This document shows positions 62,101 to 64,000 of a stretch of DNA of 64,000 nucleotides, piece by piece. Position 1 is the first letter of the stretch; the number at the start of each line of letters is the position of its first letter. This DNA is from Camelus dromedarius (lineage: Eukaryota): assembly GCF_036321535.1 (NCBI RefSeq), contig NC_087437.1:27902001-27966000 (forward strand), given 5' to 3'. The notes under the pieces were generated by a model, which was not told the DNA's origin, made no database searches, and saw nothing but the letters and a program-made list of their open reading frames with translations. The translations under genes were made by a program, and so were the position numbers.

Positions 62101-64000
62101 TTAGTCTAACGATATGAATAATAAATCAAGAATAAATTAAACTTTGCAAGAAATTTTAGGTATTCACTATATGTCTGACTTACTCTATGGCAAGAAACAG
62201 GTAATAATTTTCATTGCTGTCCATAAAGTTATCAGTGTTCTCGCAATGTGAAGCCTCCTACTATCGACCTCATGGGAAGTTGTCATCTTCCAAGCATCTC
62301 TGAAGGGGCTGGCATATAACTGACTCAGAGCCCTTTGTGCACTAGGCAGCACCTTTTTGGGGTTGTACTAAAGGATGGGGATTTTAGTGTATGGTAGTAA
62401 GGAGAGAGATTCTCGCAGTCTCAGCATGATGCTTTAGAACAGCGGGCACTGGCAGAAGAAGAGTCACTAGGGCCCAGGACAACATGGCAGATGTGGTACT
62501 TGTAAGCTGCCTTCATCCTGTCTCTGCTTTCTCCCTCTTGCTCCTTTTCCCTTTATGCTAACATCTTAATATCTTGGCATTGCTTCTAGCTTCCTTTGAT
62601 TCAAAATGGGGTTTTTTTTTTGCAACTCCTACTAGAAAAACCAGTGTTGTTGCTTTTAAAAATAAGACCAAATAATGCTATAAATTTAACTTCTATGTTT
62701 CTTCTGTATTTCAATATAATTTGGCAAGGGAAGAGATTGGATGATGGGTTCTGCATGCCTCTAGAACAAGCAGCACCTGCTAGCTCATCTTTTGGAACAG
62801 GTATGTCTATTTCTGGTATTACTCGAGAAAGATGTGGTAAAATCTCCTTCCCCCTTTCTGTTTATAGGGATTTATGTGGTCAACTGTTGTCTGCTTCTTT
62901 ACTTGACTGAGGCTGGCATGTTCATGAACTGCATATTTGGTTTAGTAAATTATCTGTCCTAGGCCACTGCAGAGGAACTCAGGGCCTGGGAAAGAGACTG
63001 CAGGCTAAAAGTGTTCATCTGTTGGGGCTTGTCACTGCGAGACCAATTCTCTAAATACATACTAGAATTTCCAGCCCTAAATGGCACCAGCAATGACAAA
63101 TACTAGAAATGTGAGTGACAGAAGCTTTTATATAAGAAACTAAAAATCATGACATGGATGCTATAGGGAGTGAATGGTGGTTGGTTGTTTGCTGACTAAA
63201 TTTTAGAATGTATCTAAGATGAACATCTCTTTCCATACTAAGGTCATTGAACCTTTCCAATGAATAATACAATGTCTATTACAAAGATACAGGACACCTT
63301 CAGAAGGGAATCTGATTAAGAACTTTGGCTGGAGGGAGGGGACACTCTGGGCAATGATGACCCTGAAAGTCATCAACTCAGCAGTACTAAGCAAATTCTC
63401 ACTCTCTTATTTAGGAGTGAGGGAGCAGAGAAGGCTGACTCTGAACTAAGGAAAACTGCAAATAGAAAATGAATGTTAGGAAAAGGGATTCAGTCTTTTT
63501 TTTCCCCCCAAGGACCTTAAAAGACATATTGCTGAACGCTTGGAGCCAATGAGAAATCATTCATGTGGTGCTGTATTGCATCCAGAGGGCTCAGAACAAG
63601 AGTGGCAGAAACAGATGGAGTTCTGGAATGTACTACATGCTGACTGTCCCTCTGGGCTAGAGATAAAACTTTAAAACTAATACATCACTTGATGTTGATG
63701 TAAGATGGCAGATGGCAGATGACATCATGTCTTAATCCAAGACTTGTTCTTTCTGGAACCAGAGAGAAAGAGAGATGCTTCCTCCAGAGCTGCTTCTCAG
63801 AATCTCTTCAGATCCCATAGCCACTAGTCAAATCCTATCCTTACGGACTGAGTTTTAGAAGCCTGGAAATTTATTCATTGGCCCATCATTTTCAAGCTTA
63901 TAGTATTATGAGTAATAATGCAATAATATCTATCTGAGAGGTAATATTCAGCAATATGAACCTACTGGTAGGGTCAGATTTAAAAAAAAATTTTTAACCT

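Noticed and set aside
62801..62867. 67-nt GT..AG mini-intron-like segment on the + strand
   Set aside because: No coherent flanking exons or coding similarity, and it is very short for a mammalian intron.
1..64000. CRISPR arrays, operons, rRNA genes or prokaryotic defence systems
   Set aside because: The sequence is intron-containing mammalian DNA. No regularly spaced repeat-spacer array or rRNA-like sequence was seen, and the remaining short ORFs are repeat-derived or random.

Overview
AT-rich mammalian genomic DNA, probably camelid, judged from two tRNA-Ala-type SINEs resembling Vic-1 and artiodactyl-type L1 3' ends. The window holds one complete, intact five-exon protein-coding gene on the + strand: CDS join(39735..39872,51538..51760,54844..54913,56892..57063,58593..59195), 1206 nt, 401 aa. 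It encodes an arylacetamide deacetylase-like 2 (AADACL2)-family serine hydrolase that looks like a diverged paralog rather than the canonical ortholog. About 9 kb upstream is a decayed copy of the same gene's last exon (30532..31105), a remnant of a dead tandem paralog. The rest is mostly interspersed repeats: L1s, class I and ERV-L endogenous retrovirus remnants, solo LTRs, SINEs, MIR/L2 and hAT MITEs. Several insertions are structurally unusual: an unidentified CpG-rich 280-bp insert with a target-site duplication (TSD) inside an ERV RNase H domain, a TSD-flanked L1 lacking almost all of ORF2 (HAL1-like or spliced), and a SINE carrying an apparent 3' transduction. No prokaryotic features or CRISPR arrays were seen, and I found no firm evidence for a wholly new biological system. 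Repeat family names are from recall of consensus motifs, not from a database search.
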